Below are positions 43,909 to 55,407 of a stretch of 64,000 bases of DNA, one piece after another (within the stretch, counting starts at the first letter, position 1; the number at the start of each line of letters is the position of its first letter). Origin of the DNA: an uncultured delta proteobacterium (GTDB taxonomy: Bacteria > Myxococcota_A > Polyangia > Polyangiales > Polyangiaceae); contig CAWKKR010000001.1 of the NCBI GenBank assembly GCA_963850305.1, positions 320,001-384,000 of the forward strand, read 5' to 3'. The position numbers were made by a program, and so were the translations under genes. The notes beneath the pieces are model-generated. The model did not search any database. It saw only the letters and a program-made list of their open reading frames with translations, and had not been told where the DNA came from.

Positions 43909-45711
43909 ATGCCGACCGATCCCGCGATCATCCGAAACTTCTCGATCATCGCGCATATCGATCACGGAAAAAGCACGCTCGCTGACCGGATTCTCGAGGT
44001 TACCGGAGCCCTCAGCGCGCGCGAACGCGTGAACCAGTTCCTCGACAAGATGGACCTCGAGCGCGAGCGCGGGATTACCATCAAGGCGCAGAGTGTTCGC
44101 CTCAAGTATCGAGCCAGAGACGGCAAGGAGTACCAGCTCCAGCTCATCGACACTCCTGGACACGTCGACTTCAGCTACGAGGTGAGCCGCAGCCTCGCGG
44201 CGTGCGAAGGGGCGTTACTCGTCGTCGACGCGACGCAGGGCGTGCAGGCCCAGACCGTCGCGAATGTGTACCTGGCGCTCGAAAACGATCTCGAGGTGAT
44301 CCCCGTTTTGAACAAGGTCGATTTGCCTTCCGCGGACGTGGACCGAACGGTGCAGATGATCGAAGAGGTCATCGGGCTCGACTGCAGTGGCGCACAGCTC
44401 GTCAGTGCAAAGACGGGGCTCGGTGTACTGGACTTACTGGAAGCAGTCGTCGCTCGTATCCCGCCGCCGACGGGTGCGGCCGACGCATCCCTCCGCGCCC
44501 TGATCTTCGATAGCTGGTACGACAGCTACCGCGGGGCCGTCGTCATGCTGCGGGTCATGGATGGGACGCTCAGGAAGGGCGACAAGATCCGATTGATGGC
44601 GACGGGGCGAAGCTACGAAGTCGTGGAACTCGGGTGCTTCAACCCGCACGCTTCCTCCCTGACCGAGCTCGGGCCAGGTGAGGTGGGCTGGATCGCCGCC
44701 AACATCAAGAGCGTCAGCGACACCAAGATCGGCGACACGGTGACTACCGCCGCCCGAGGCGCCACCGATGCGCTATCCGGCTTCAAGGAAGTGAAGCCAA
44801 TGGTCTTCGCCGGCGTTTTCCCGACCGACTCCGCGGCATACGAGGACCTCCGCGACGCGCTAGCCAAGCTCCACATGAACGACGGCTCGTTCCAGTTCGA
44901 GCCCGATACTTCCGAGGCGTTGGGATTTGGTTTTCGGTGCGGATTTCTAGGGCTCCTTCACATGGAAATCATCCAGGAGCGGCTCGAGCGAGAATACGAT
45001 CTCGACCTCATCACAACGGCTCCGAGCGTCGTCTACCACGCGTACAAGCGGGACGGCGAGATGGTCACGGTCGAAAATCCGTCGAAGATGCCGGACGCAG
45101 GAGATATCGATCGAATCGAGGAACCGATCGTGAAGCTCACGATTCACGTCCCGGCGGAGTTCGTCGGTGCCGTGGTTCCCCTCTGCGAGGAACGTCGCGG
45201 CATCCAGCAAGGAATCCAGTACGCGACGCCGACGCACGTCGTCATCACCTACGAACTGCCGCTCGCGGAAGTCATCCTCGACTTTCACGACAAGTTGAAG
45301 AGCGTGTCCCGCGGTTATGCGAGCATGGACTACGAACTCGTGGGATACCGAGCCGAAAATCTCGTCAAGCTCGACATGCTCGTCAACGGTGAGGCGCTGG
45401 ACGCGCTCAGCGTCATCGTGCACCGGGACACCTCTCATTACCGGGGGCGCGCACTTGCGGCCAAGTTGAAAGAGCTGGTCCCGCGACAGCAATACGAGGT
45501 CGCGATTCAGGCGGCCATAGGCTCGCGGATCATCAGCCGCGAGACCGTGCGCGCCATGCGTAAGGATGTCACCGCCAAGTGTTATGGCGGCGACATCACG
45601 CGGAAGCGGAAGCTTCTCGAGAAGCAAAAAGAGGGAAAGAAGAGGATGAAGCAGGTGGGCAGAGTCGACGTTCCGCAGGAAGCATTTCTCGCCGTGCTAA
45701 AGCTCGAGTGA
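43909..45711 (+). CDS. lepA: Elongation factor 4 (LepA)
   Basis: [56 protein letters not shown]. Confidence 0.98.
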   Translation: MPTDPAIIRNFSIIAHIDHGKSTLADRILEVTGALSARERVNQFLDKMDLERERGITIKAQSVRLKYRARDGKEYQLQLIDTPGHVDFSYEVSRSLAACEGALLVVDATQGVQAQTVANVYLALENDLEVIPVLNKVDLPSADVDRTVQMIEEVIGLDCSGAQLVSAKTGLGVLDLLEAVVARIPPPTGAADASLRALIFDSWYDSYRGAVVMLRVMDGTLRKGDKIRLMATGRSYEVVELGCFNPHASSLTELGPGEVGWIAANIKSVSDTKIGDTVTTAARGATDALSGFKEVKPMVFAGVFPTDSAAYEDLRDALAKLHMNDGSFQFEPDTSEALGFGFRCGFLGLLHMEIIQERLEREYDLDLITTAPSVVYHAYKRDGEMVTVENPSKMPDAGDIDRIEEPIVKLTIHVPAEFVGAVVPLCEERRGIQQGIQYATPTHVVITYELPLAEVILDFHDKLKSVSRGYASMDYELVGYRAENLVKLDMLVNGEALDALSVIVHRDTSHYRGRALAAKLKELVPRQQYEVAIQAAIGSRIISRETVRAMRKDVTAKCYGGDITRKRKLLEKQKEGKKRMKQVGRVDVPQEAFLAVLKLE

Positions 45712-45716
45712 CTGGG

Positions 45717-47097
45717 ATGACGCCCCGACCTTCCCCACGTGCTGTTCAGCGCGCTCGCTTCCTCGCTGGCGCCTCCGCGAGATCGAAACTCGGAAATGTC
45801 GTGCACGAACGTACGGCACCATTCGGGCCTGCTCTCACCATCGAGTGCTTCCGGCTCGCCAACGGTCTCCGCGTCCTGGTCTGCGAGGACCATTCCGCAC
45901 CGGTGGTCGCGTATCACACGTGGTACCGCGTCGGATCGCGGCACGAGCGTGTCGGAAAAACCGGACTCGCCCATCTGTTCGAACACCTCATGTTCAACGA
46001 GACCGAGAACCTTCCAGCTGGCGAGTTCGACCGAAAACTCGAGGAAGCCGGCGCGGAGAGCAACGCGGCCACATGGCTGGACTGGACCCAGTACAGCATC
46101 GCGGTCCCCCGGGATCGGATTCCGGCTCGTCGCACGCCTCGAAGCGGAGCGTATGCGAAAGCTGGTTCTCCGCGATCCACAGGTGACGAGCGAGAAGGAG
46201 GTCGTCGCGAACGAGCGCCGGTATCGGGTCGATGACGACGTCGAAGGCGCCGTGAACGAACTCCTCTGGGCAACTGCATTTCACGACCACGCTTACCGGT
46301 GGCCGACGATTGGATGGATGCCGGACATCGAAGCCTTCACGACCGAGGATTGCCGCGCCTTTTACGACGCATTCTACGCACCGAACAATGCAACCATCGT
46401 GGTGGTTGGAGATATCTCGGAGCGACACGCAGTCGAGTTGATCGTCAAGGAGTACGGAGGCATTCCCGCCTCAACGCTGCCTCTCGAAGATTCGAGACCG
46501 GAGCTGCCGCAAACCGAAGAGTGCCGCGTCGAGGTATCGAAGCCCACGGCAACCGAGAAGCTCGTCATTGGGTACCACTCCCCCGCTATCGGAGACTTCG
46601 ATCATCCGGCGCTATCGCTCCTCTCCGAGGTGCTCTTCGGGGGGCGCGCCTCCCGCGTCTATCGGCGTCTCGTGCGTCAGCTCGAGCTTGCCGTCGACGT
46701 CCATGGTTCCGTCGGTCCGTTTCGCGATCCTGGATTATTCGAGGTCTTGGCCTCCGCGCGAGAGGGACGTACGGCGGTCGAAATGCTCGCGATCCTGGAC
46801 GATGAATTGGACAAGGTCCGCGACGAACCCGTTACCGACGAAGAACTCGCTCGTGCCAAAGCCAGGCTCGAGCTCTCGCTCGTTGGCGGCCTCGACACCG
46901 TCGACGGGAAGGCATCGACAATCGGGTTTTACGAGACGGTCCTCGGGCGCCCGGCCGGGGCGTTCGAGCGACTCGAAGCATCGCTGGCTCTTACGGCGAG
47001 CGACCTGCGCCGCGTCGCCCGGCGTTACCTCCGACGCGAATCGCGCTCGGTAATCCTCGTTCATCCGCAGGCCAGTGCAAAGAAAGCTACGGTATGA
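45717..47097 (+). CDS. M16 family zinc peptidase, catalytic subunit; frameshift near 46120
   Basis: GLAHLFEHLMF (HxxEH) in ORF 45579; continues as EAERM...VVANERR...FYAPNNA in ORF 45739. Confidence 0.88.
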
Positions 47098-48380
47098 GCC
47101 CGGCGCCCAAGGTTCTGGTGGAGACCAGCCAGGCCCTGCCGATCGTCTCGATGACGATCTCAACGCGAACGGGCTCGACCGCTGACCCGGTCGCCCTCGA
47201 GGGGCTCTCGCGCATCACGCAACGGCTCGTCCGGCGGACTGGCGCTGGGCTGACCACGGAAGCCCTGGATGAACGCATCGACACACTCGGGGCGTCGGTC
47301 TCGGTCGAGTGTGGACACAGCTCGGCGAGCGTGCACGGAGCCGTGATCGGGCGCTCCCTCGACGCCTATGCAGACCTGCTCGTCGATATCCTCGCGAAGC
47401 CGAGCCTGGCGACCGACGAACTGGGTAAGCTGAAGCGCGAGACGCTCGCCGAGCTCATCGAAGCGCGCGACCATGACCGTGAGCTCTCGTCGCGGTGGTT
47501 TCGACAGAAGCTCTACGACGGTCATCCTTACGGCCGCCCCACCGCCGGTACCCCGACGAGCGTCGAAAAAATCACCGGTGCAGACGTCGCGGCGACGTAT
47601 GGTCGGGCCTTCTCGCCAAAGAACCTCGTGTTTGCCTTCGCGGGGGCCATCGACGAGCAGACTGCTCACGCGATCGCGGCGCGCATGGTGGACGTCCTTC
47701 CGCGGAACGAACCGCCCAGCGATGTCGTCGCCGAGCCCAGCCAGCCTCCCGGGCGTCACATGGTGTTCGTCGACAAGCCAGAGCGCACGCAAACGCAGAT
47801 CATGATTGGTTGCCTGGGAACGCATGCACACGACCCCGACCACGTCGCACTTCACGTGGGGAACACGATCTTCGGCGGCACGTTCACGGCTCGCCTGATG
47901 AAGGAGGTCCGCTCGAAGCGCGGGTGGTCCTATGGGGCGTATTCCAACTTGCCCTACGACCGGAAGCGACGCGGCTTCAGCTTGTGGACCTTTCCGAAAG
48001 CCTCGGATGCCGCCGCTTGCGTTGCGCTCGAGCTCTCGTTGCTCACCAAGTGGTGGGAAGGTGGCGTAACTCCGAGGGAACTGGCGTGGGCTCAGCGGTA
48101 TCTCGTGCGCTCCCACGCGTTCGCCATCGACACCGCGTCGAAGCGAGTCGGGCAACTGCTCGACGAGGAGATCTACGACTTGCCGACGCGATACCACGCC
48201 GACTACCTCGAACATGTTCGCGCGGTCACGCTCGAGGACGTCAACGCGGCGATCCGAAAGCGCATCACGCCCGAGAACCTGATCTTCTCCGTCGTGGGGA
48301 CCGCGAGCGAAATCAAAGGCGCCATCGAGAACGCGATTCCCGATTTGAACTCGACGGACGTCGTCCCGTTCGACGCTTAG
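47094..48380 (+). CDS. M16 family peptidase, non-catalytic partner subunit
   Basis: HPYGRP, GGTFTARLMKEVRSKRGWSYG; lacks HxxEH; ATGA overlap. Confidence 0.88.
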   Translation: MSPAPKVLVETSQALPIVSMTISTRTGSTADPVALEGLSRITQRLVRRTGAGLTTEALDERIDTLGASVSVECGHSSASVHGAVIGRSLDAYADLLVDILAKPSLATDELGKLKRETLAELIEARDHDRELSSRWFRQKLYDGHPYGRPTAGTPTSVEKITGADVAATYGRAFSPKNLVFAFAGAIDEQTAHAIAARMVDVLPRNEPPSDVVAEPSQPPGRHMVFVDKPERTQTQIMIGCLGTHAHDPDHVALHVGNTIFGGTFTARLMKEVRSKRGWSYGAYSNLPYDRKRRGFSLWTFPKASDAAACVALELSLLTKWWEGGVTPRELAWAQRYLVRSHAFAIDTASKRVGQLLDEEIYDLPTRYHADYLEHVRAVTLEDVNAAIRKRITPENLIFSVVGTASEIKGAIENAIPDLNSTDVVPFDA

Positions 48381-48387
48381 CGTCCCG

Positions 48388-50112
48388 TCAGAACCCCAGG
48401 TACGCCGCTAGCTCCGCTGCCAGGGCAGCCGCGTCCCGGCGCAGAGCCGATTCCGACGCTTCGAAATCCCCCGTCGCGGGGGCGTCGCCGCGCAGATCGA
48501 CATAGATCTTCAGCTTTGGTTCCGTTCCGCTCGGACGAAGTAATGCCCTGCCGGATCGACCGAGATCGAGGACCACCAGCGGCGACGTGCCGAGCCAGAG
48601 TGGACGCTTCTCTGCACCCTTCCGGTAATCGACGACTGCAGTGACGGCGATGTCGCCGAGTGTCGCGGGCGGGGATGCGCCGAGGCGATCGACGGCCGCG
48701 GAGATCTCGCTCAGCCCATCGACGCCGGGTCGGACGATGCTCTGCTGAGCGCTGACCCAGAGGCCGTACCGGACGTAAAGCTCGCGCAGCTTCTCGAGCA
48801 CACTCACCTTGCTCGCGCGACAGCGCGCCGCGAATTCCGCAAAGAGTACGGCAGTGCCGATGCCGTCTTTATCGCGTACCACATGCCCCGCAGAGAAGCC
48901 GATCGCCTCCTCGAAACCGAATTGGTAGCGAACGTGCTCGTTCTTCTCGAGAACGAGAGCGGCCGACCAGATCCATTTGAACCCCGTCAGTGTGACCTCA
49001 CACCGCGCCCCGTGATGGGCCGCGACTTCGGCGAGCATGGGTGTCGAGACGATGCTCGACAGCACGAGCGGCGTCGGAGTCGAGGGCGCTCGCGACAGGA
49101 TGAAATCTGCCAGAAGGACGCCGATCTGATTTCCCGTGAGCAGAACGAAGCGGCCCGCGGGCGACGGCACCGAAACGGCCAGGCGATCAGCGTCTGGATC
49201 GTTCGCCAGGATGAGGTCGGCACGGCACTCGGTTGCGAGTCGGACCGCGAGATCGAGGGCGCCCTTCTCCTCTGGGTTCGGAAACCGCACCGTCGGAAAG
49301 TCGCCATCGGGCGCGGCTTGTTCCGGGACGACCGTCACGTTGCTGAAGCCGGCTATCGCGAGCGCCTTCGTCGCGAGCGCGCCGCCAACCCCATGCATCG
49401 GCGTGTAGACGATGCCGAACGACCGATCGGCGTCGCCCCGAGGACGAAGCGCATCGATGTCCGCGAGGTATCGGTCGGCGATGGATTCGGGAACGGGCGT
49501 CGAAAACGGCATCCGTCCGAAAGGTTCCGACACTCGCGGAATCGCGTTCGCCGGACCGATCGTCTCGAGACGCCGCTCGATGTCCGCATCCATCGGCGGA
49601 ATGACCTGCACACCGTTCTTCGCGTAGAGCTTGTATCCGTTGTATTCGCCCGGGTTGTGACTGGCAGTTACGACGATCCCGGCCGTTGCCGCGAGCTGAC
49701 GGATCGCGTACGCGACGAGCGGCGTCGGCTCCGGTTCTCGGAAGTAGCGCACCGGGACTCTCGCCGCGGCAAGGACCTGCATCGCGGCCTCGGCGAGCGC
49801 TACGCTCGAGTGCCGCGCGTCGAACCCGATTACGACGGGGAGGGTGCGCGCCTCGGGTTCGTGCGCGAGCAAGTACTCGACGAGCGCGCGAGTCGTCCGG
49901 ATGACGACAGCGCGGTTCATCCGCGCTGGACCCGCGCCGACGAGGCCCCGGAGCCCGGCCGTACCGAACGTGAGCGGTTTCGACAATCGCTCCCTGAGCT
50001 CGTTCATTTCCTCGTGTTCGATCAGCGCACGAAGCTCCTCCGCCGTCTCGGGGTCGGGGTCCGCTGCGCTCCAGGCGAGCGCGCTGGCAATCAACGACTC
50101 ATCGGTGTCCAT
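48388..50112 (-). CDS. Phosphomannomutase/phosphoglucomutase
   Basis: FGTAGLRG, TASHNP, DPDADR, RPSGTEPKLK. Confidence 0.95.
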   Translation of the reverse strand: MDTDESLIASALAWSAADPDPETAEELRALIEHEEMNELRERLSKPLTFGTAGLRGLVGAGPARMNRAVVIRTTRALVEYLLAHEPEARTLPVVIGFDARHSSVALAEAAMQVLAAARVPVRYFREPEPTPLVAYAIRQLAATAGIVVTASHNPGEYNGYKLYAKNGVQVIPPMDADIERRLETIGPANAIPRVSEPFGRMPFSTPVPESIADRYLADIDALRPRGDADRSFGIVYTPMHGVGGALATKALAIAGFSNVTVVPEQAAPDGDFPTVRFPNPEEKGALDLAVRLATECRADLILANDPDADRLAVSVPSPAGRFVLLTGNQIGVLLADFILSRAPSTPTPLVLSSIVSTPMLAEVAAHHGARCEVTLTGFKWIWSAALVLEKNEHVRYQFGFEEAIGFSAGHVVRDKDGIGTAVLFAEFAARCRASKVSVLEKLRELYVRYGLWVSAQQSIVRPGVDGLSEISAAVDRLGASPPATLGDIAVTAVVDYRKGAEKRPLWLGTSPLVVLDLGRSGRALLRPSGTEPKLKIYVDLRGDAPATGDFEASESALRRDAAALAAELAAYLGF

Positions 50113-51503
50113 TACTCACCTTTCGCGACGGACTGTGCGAGCGAGGTATCGTAATCGCCACTCGAAAACCGAAAATCTTCGAGCACCCGACGCAAGAAGT
50201 CGAGGTTCGTAGCTCGCGGGCCCTTCGGCCCCACTAGCCCGAGATCCGTCGCGGCGAGCGCCCCATTGAGTCGTGCCGTGGCTTCGAGGCGGTCGGCACC
50301 GTGCGCGATGACCTTGGCCATCATCGGATCGTAAAATGCGGTCACTTCACCCCCCTCCTCGAACCCCGCGTCCACGCGGATACCCTCGTGAGCGACCGGC
50401 CAGGCGAGCCGCTCGATGCGTCCAGGCTGCGGCACGAAACCCCTGTCCGGGTCCTCGGCGTAGATACGCGCTTCGATCGCATGACCTTGCGTCCTGGAAT
50501 GGCGCGCGGCTTCGGGCAGCGGCTCTCCGGCCGCGATGCGGAGCTGCAGCTCCACGAGATCGAGGCCGGTGACCATTTCCGTCACGGGATGCTCGACCTG
50601 GAGCCGAGCGTTGACTTCCAAAAAGTAGAGCTGACCCGATGAGCTGGCAACGAATTCCACCGTTCCAGCACCCTCGTAATCCGCGGCTTCCACGATGCGG
50701 AGGGCGTCGGCGAAGAGCTTCTGCCGGCGACCTTCGCCGTCCGGCCCGCGGAAGAACGCGGCAGGTGATGGACTCTCTTCGATGATCTTCTGATGCCGCC
50801 GCTGGACGCTGCATTCGCGCTCGGGGAGCGCAACGGCGTTGCCAAGTCGATCGCGAAACACCTGTACCTCTATATGACGAGGGTGCTCCAGATACTTTTC
50901 AACGTAGATCCTTGCATCGGCGAACGCTGCGCGTCCGCGATCCGCGCACGCTCGAGCTGCGCGAGACAGCTCCGCATCAGCTCGCACGATTTGCATGCCG
51001 ATCCCGCCACCACCCCCGGCCGCCTTGACGAGCACGGGGAATCCGATTTCCGTCGCGATACGCAAGAGACCGACCTCGTCGGCGGGATCGATCGCGCCGT
51101 GGCTTCCCTTCGGCGGCTCGACCCCTACCGAGCGAGCAAGAGAGCGCGCGCGGAGCTTATCTCCGAATGTGTCCAGCGCGGCTGGGCGTGGACCGATAAA
51201 CGTCGCGCCCGCTGCCTCGACGCGTCGTGCGAATTCTGCATTCTCGCTGAGAAGTCCGTAACCCGGATGCACCGCCTGAGCGTGCGTCGTTCGAATGGCG
51301 GACACGATCGCGTCCATCGACAAGTAGCTGTCCTGAACCTTCGGCGGACCGATGCGCACCGCTTCGTCGGCGAGACGGACGTGGGGCGACGACGCATCCG
51401 CGTCCGAATAGACGGCCACCGTTTCGACACCGAGTCGGCGACAGGTGCGGATCACCCGCACCGCGATCTCCCCCCTATTCGCTATGAGGATTCGGTGAAA
51501 CAT
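50112..51503 (-). CDS. Biotin carboxylase subunit of an acyl-CoA carboxylase
   Basis: ILIANRGEIAVR, HPGYGLLSEN, GGGGIGM, RECSVQRRHQK, EVNARLQVEHPVTE. Confidence 0.93.
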   Translation of the reverse strand: MFHRILIANRGEIAVRVIRTCRRLGVETVAVYSDADASSPHVRLADEAVRIGPPKVQDSYLSMDAIVSAIRTTHAQAVHPGYGLLSENAEFARRVEAAGATFIGPRPAALDTFGDKLRARSLARSVGVEPPKGSHGAIDPADEVGLLRIATEIGFPVLVKAAGGGGGIGMQIVRADAELSRAARACADRGRAAFADARIYVEKYLEHPRHIEVQVFRDRLGNAVALPERECSVQRRHQKIIEESPSPAAFFRGPDGEGRRQKLFADALRIVEAADYEGAGTVEFVASSSGQLYFLEVNARLQVEHPVTEMVTGLDLVELQLRIAAGEPLPEAARHSRTQGHAIEARIYAEDPDRGFVPQPGRIERLAWPVAHEGIRVDAGFEEGGEVTAFYDPMMAKVIAHGADRLEATARLNGALAATDLGLVGPKGPRATNLDFLRRVLEDFRFSSGDYDTSLAQSVAKGE

Positions 51504-52608
51504 CCGCCCTCACTTTCCGCTCGAGACGCTCGCGAAGAACGAGTTGCCCGCACGCGGCGTTCACGTCGTCGCCCCTTTGCTTGCGAACGAACGCACTGAA
51601 TCCGCCGTTCGCGAGAACCTGCCGAAAGGCTTCCACTCTCGACGGTGCGGGCGCCGACATTTCCGAGGCCGAAATCGAGTTCATGGGAATGAGGTTCACC
51701 TTGACGCGCAGGTCCCCCAGCACTCGTCCTAGCTCGCGCGCGTGGGCAACATCGTCGTTGATTCCGGCGATGAGGGTGTATTCGATCGTGATCCGGCGAC
51801 GTTTCGGCAGCGGATACGCCCGTAACGCGGCGAGGACGTCGGCCATCGGATAACGTTTGTTCATGGGCAGAATGCGTCCGCGAATGGCGTCGTTCGGCGC
51901 GTGGAGCGAAAGAGCGAGCCCGATCTTTCCACCGAAATCTTCGCCGAGGCGACGGATGCCCGGGACGAGCCCGACGGTGCTCACGGTGATGCGACGAGGG
52001 CCGATGGACAGGCCGTCGGGATGCGTGATCAGGCGGATCGCGCGGGCGGTTTCTTCGTAGTGGTGGAGGGGTTCGCCCATCCCCATGAACACGAGATTGC
52101 GCAGGCGCTCACCTTTTTCCAGGTGCTGTCGCGCCAGGAGTACCTGTGCAACGATCTCTTCCGCGCCTAGTCCTCGCTCCAGTCCCGCCTGTCCGCTGGC
52201 GCAGAAAACACAACCCATCGCACAGCCGATCTGCGTCGAGATGCACAGCGTGACACGCCCGTCCCAGCCGCCGCTGTCGTCTTCGGGATCATCGTCTGGG
52301 TCGTCGAACATCGGAATGAGGACCGACTCGATGCGGCCCCCCTTGACCAGAGCCGACACGAGCTTTCGGGTCCCATCGGCGGCCCGGTGCACTTCGGTCG
52401 CGGCGAGAGGCAGAGCGAACGCGGTCTCGGCGAGACGTTCGCGGAATGAACGCGGAAGATCCGTCATCAGCTCGGGAGAAACGACGCCGCGCGCATGGAT
52501 CCAGCGAAAAACCTGCGTCCCGCGGTACGCGCGCTCGCCCAACTCTCCGACCACGGCCTGCCACTCCTCGGGCAGACGCGCGACCGGATGCAGCGCACCG
52601 GCCGTCAT
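51475..52608 (-). CDS. rlmN: 23S rRNA/tRNA m2A methyltransferase RlmN
   Basis: CISTQIGCAMGCVFCASG, FMGMGEP, SLHAP, AACGQL. Confidence 0.95.
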   Translation of the reverse strand: MTAGALHPVARLPEEWQAVVGELGERAYRGTQVFRWIHARGVVSPELMTDLPRSFRERLAETAFALPLAATEVHRAADGTRKLVSALVKGGRIESVLIPMFDDPDDDPEDDSGGWDGRVTLCISTQIGCAMGCVFCASGQAGLERGLGAEEIVAQVLLARQHLEKGERLRNLVFMGMGEPLHHYEETARAIRLITHPDGLSIGPRRITVSTVGLVPGIRRLGEDFGGKIGLALSLHAPNDAIRGRILPMNKRYPMADVLAALRAYPLPKRRRITIEYTLIAGINDDVAHARELGRVLGDLRVKVNLIPMNSISASEMSAPAPSRVEAFRQVLANGGFSAFVRKQRGDDVNAACGQLVLRERLERKVRADVSPNPHSE

Positions 52609-53450
52609 GTTTCGCGCTCCTTGGCTTCCGACCAGTAGCCATCGAGCTCGGCGAGGGGGATGCCCCGGGTGGGCTTGCCTCGCGTGTCGCGAGGCCAGTC
52701 CCCATGTTGCTCTTTGACGCGCCTCTCGACATGATCGAACCGGCTTCGGAATCGTTCCGTCGTGCTGCGGAGGGCATCCTCCGCCGAGACGCCGATGTGC
52801 CGTCCCAGGTTCACGAGGGCGAAGAGCAAATCACCGAGCTCCTCTTCTGCACGCTTCGTGTCGCCGCTCTTCATCGCGACGTCGAACTCCGCGAGTTCCT
52901 CCGAAACCTTTTCGCGCGACCCTCGCGAATCCGGCCAATCGAATCCAACTCGACCGACCTTTTCGCTCAGGTTCGCGGCCCGCAGCAACGCCGGTAAGGA
53001 TCTCGGAACGCCGCCGAGAAGTGGTCTGCCCTCCTTCTCGCGACGCTTGATCGCGTCCCAGTTGTCCACGACCTCGTCGGCGCCGCTCACCGTCACGTCG
53101 CCGAAGACGTGTGGATGACGGCGAACGAGCTTTTCACAGATGGCTCGAGCAACGTCATCAGGGCCGAAGGCGGCCTCACGTCGAGCGAGCTCGGCCAGAA
53201 ACACGACCTGTAACGACAGATCCCCGAGCTCGTCCACCAGGTCGGCGGGACGCCCTCCCTCGATGGCATCGATGACTTCGCATGCCTCCTCGAGCACGTA
53301 GGTCCGCAGCGACAGTGGCGTCTGTTCGCGGTCCCACGGACAACCGTCAGGTGCCAGCAAACGTCGCATGAGCTCGACAAGCGACGTGAACGTCTCCCCG
53401 CGCTGGTCTTCCAAGGGAACAGGGGCGGGCATCGCGAAGGGACGAGGCAT
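52605..53450 (-). CDS. mazG: Nucleoside triphosphate pyrophosphohydrolase MazG
   Basis: GCPWDREQT, ELGDL, KLVRRHPHVFG, GFDW, EELGDLLF. Confidence 0.95.
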   Translation of the reverse strand: MPRPFAMPAPVPLEDQRGETFTSLVELMRRLLAPDGCPWDREQTPLSLRTYVLEEACEVIDAIEGGRPADLVDELGDLSLQVVFLAELARREAAFGPDDVARAICEKLVRRHPHVFGDVTVSGADEVVDNWDAIKRREKEGRPLLGGVPRSLPALLRAANLSEKVGRVGFDWPDSRGSREKVSEELAEFDVAMKSGDTKRAEEELGDLLFALVNLGRHIGVSAEDALRSTTERFRSRFDHVERRVKEQHGDWPRDTRGKPTRGIPLAELDGYWSEAKERET

Positions 53451-53602
53451 TTTCCTGGGGCGCAGTCTCTGTTGCGCGTCGGGACGGTAGCACGCAGGAC
53501 AGGCGTACGGCATCCAGGCGCGCCGCCGGAAATGGCTCGGTCTCGCGCGGAGTCGACGATTTTCCACGACCCCGCTTCCCGAATTCGGCGAAACTGGCCC
53601 GC

Positions 53603-54385
53603 GTGACCGATCCCGTCCTGCGAGTCGACCGTGGAGGTGCCATTGCGACCCTCACATTGAATCGCCCGTCGACGAAAAACGCTTTGAACCCGGAGCTCAT
53701 CGAGGCGCTGAGCGCCGCGCTCTCGGACGTGATGGAAGATCCGACAGTTCGAGTGGTCGTCCTCGCCGGGGCTGGCGGCGCATTTTGCTCCGGCGCGGAC
53801 CTCAAAGCCGGCATGGTCGGCGATGGATCGGGCGATATCGATCGCCGCATCGACGATCTCCACGCTTTGATCCGGAAGATCGTGGGTGCACCGAAGCCAT
53901 TCATCGCGGCCGTCGATGGTGCCGCCGTGGGGTTCGGGTGCGATCTCGCGCTTGCCTGCGATCTGCGAGTGCTCTCCACCTTCGGGTATCTTCAGGAGAT
54001 CTTCGTGAAGATCGGGCTCATGCCGGACGGAGGCGGAACGTTCTGGGTGCCGCGTCTCGTCGGACTTGGACGCGCAATGGAGTATCTGATGCTTGGAACG
54101 CGGATCGACGCGGCCCTGGCTCGGGAGGTTGGTCTGGCAAATAGAGTGGTCGCTCCGGAGGAGCTCGGACGGGAGGTCACCAGTCTGGCGGAACAGCTTG
54201 CGAAGGGTCCTCCGCTGGCACTCCAGCGAATCAAGAAGTCGGTGCGGGATGGACTGACGGGGAGCGTCGATCAGGCATTGGCCCGCGAGAAAGCCAACCA
54301 GCTGGAGCTCCTCAGGACTCAGGACCTCACCGAGGGCATCATCGCCTGGGCTCAGCGTCGCGAGCCGGTCTTCCGCGGTGAGTGA
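53603..54385 (+). CDS. Enoyl-CoA hydratase/isomerase family protein
   Basis: LNRP..KNAL, FCSGADL, AAVDGAAVGFG, GLMPDGG. Confidence 0.92.
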   Translation: MTDPVLRVDRGGAIATLTLNRPSTKNALNPELIEALSAALSDVMEDPTVRVVVLAGAGGAFCSGADLKAGMVGDGSGDIDRRIDDLHALIRKIVGAPKPFIAAVDGAAVGFGCDLALACDLRVLSTFGYLQEIFVKIGLMPDGGGTFWVPRLVGLGRAMEYLMLGTRIDAALAREVGLANRVVAPEELGREVTSLAEQLAKGPPLALQRIKKSVRDGLTGSVDQALAREKANQLELLRTQDLTEGIIAWAQRREPVFRGE

Positions 54386-54404
54386 GGCCGAGGCTCGGCG
54401 ACAG

Positions 54405-55355
54405 TCAGAACAGGTACCGTTCGCCCGAGTCGCACAGGATCGTGACAACGTTCCCCCCGGGAAACCGCTTCGCGACTTCGATCGACGCTTGGACATTCGC
54501 ACCCGACGAGGGGCCAACGAGCAGCCCCTCTTCGCGGGCGAGCCGCCTCGTCATCCGCTCGGCAGCGACATCGGTGACGGTCATGACCTCGTCGATGACC
54601 GAACGGTCAAGGATCTTCGGTATGAAGCCTGCCCCCAATCCCTGAATGCCATGCATGCCCGGAGGTTTGCCGCTGAGCACCGCGCTCTGGGAGGGTTCCA
54701 CGGCAACGACCAGCGCGGCTCGGCCGAGCCGCTGCCGCAGCGCTCGCCCGACGCCAGTTATGGTTCCACCGGTACCGACGCCGGCGATGAATGCATCGAG
54801 CGCGCCGTTCATCTGTTCGAGGATCTCCGGTGCCGTGCCGCGCTCGTGTGCCTCAGCGTTCGCGGGATTCTCGAACTGACTCGGCATGAACGCGCCGGTG
54901 GTGCTCCCTACTAGATCCCGCGCGCGATTCACCGCGCCGGTCATGCCTTCCGCTGCCGGCGTGAGAACGATCTCGGCGCCGTACGCCTTCAAGATGTAAC
55001 GGCGTTCCACGCTCATGTCCTCGGGCATGACGAGCGTGCACTGGTAACCCCTGGTGGCTGCGATCATCGCCAGGCTGATCCCCGTGTTGCCACTGGTCGC
55101 TTCCACGATGGTCGCGCCCGGCGCGATCTTCTTGTCGCGTTCCGCGACAGTGATCATTTGAAGCGCCGGGCGATCCTTCACGCTGCCGCCAGGATTCAGG
55201 AATTCTGCTTTCGCCCAGACCGCCGCGCCTCCCTCGGGGCTCAGCCGTGCGAGGCGTACCAGTGGAGTCTGGCCGACGAGCTTGAGGCTTCCGTCGCCGA
55301 CGATGGGCGCCCGGGCCTCGCGCCCGCGACGATCGCCATCCGTGGAAGCGGTCAT
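54405..55355 (-). CDS. cysK: Cysteine synthase
   Basis: NPGGSVKDR, EATSGNTG, GVGTGGT, HGIQGLGAGF, GPSSGAN. Confidence 0.93.
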   Translation of the reverse strand: MTASTDGDRRGREARAPIVGDGSLKLVGQTPLVRLARLSPEGGAAVWAKAEFLNPGGSVKDRPALQMITVAERDKKIAPGATIVEATSGNTGISLAMIAATRGYQCTLVMPEDMSVERRYILKAYGAEIVLTPAAEGMTGAVNRARDLVGSTTGAFMPSQFENPANAEAHERGTAPEILEQMNGALDAFIAGVGTGGTITGVGRALRQRLGRAALVVAVEPSQSAVLSGKPPGMHGIQGLGAGFIPKILDRSVIDEVMTVTDVAAERMTRRLAREEGLLVGPSSGANVQASIEVAKRFPGGNVVTILCDSGERYLF

Positions 55356-55407
55356 GAGAGTCGAGGATAACCCGCGCCGAGCGCGATACCAACGCCAGGC
55401 GGAGCTT

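Noticed and set aside
50112..51503. Biotin carboxylase as part of the ethylmalonyl-CoA cluster
   Set aside because: It lies about 47 kb away in a housekeeping operon, and its substrate cannot be inferred from the sequence.
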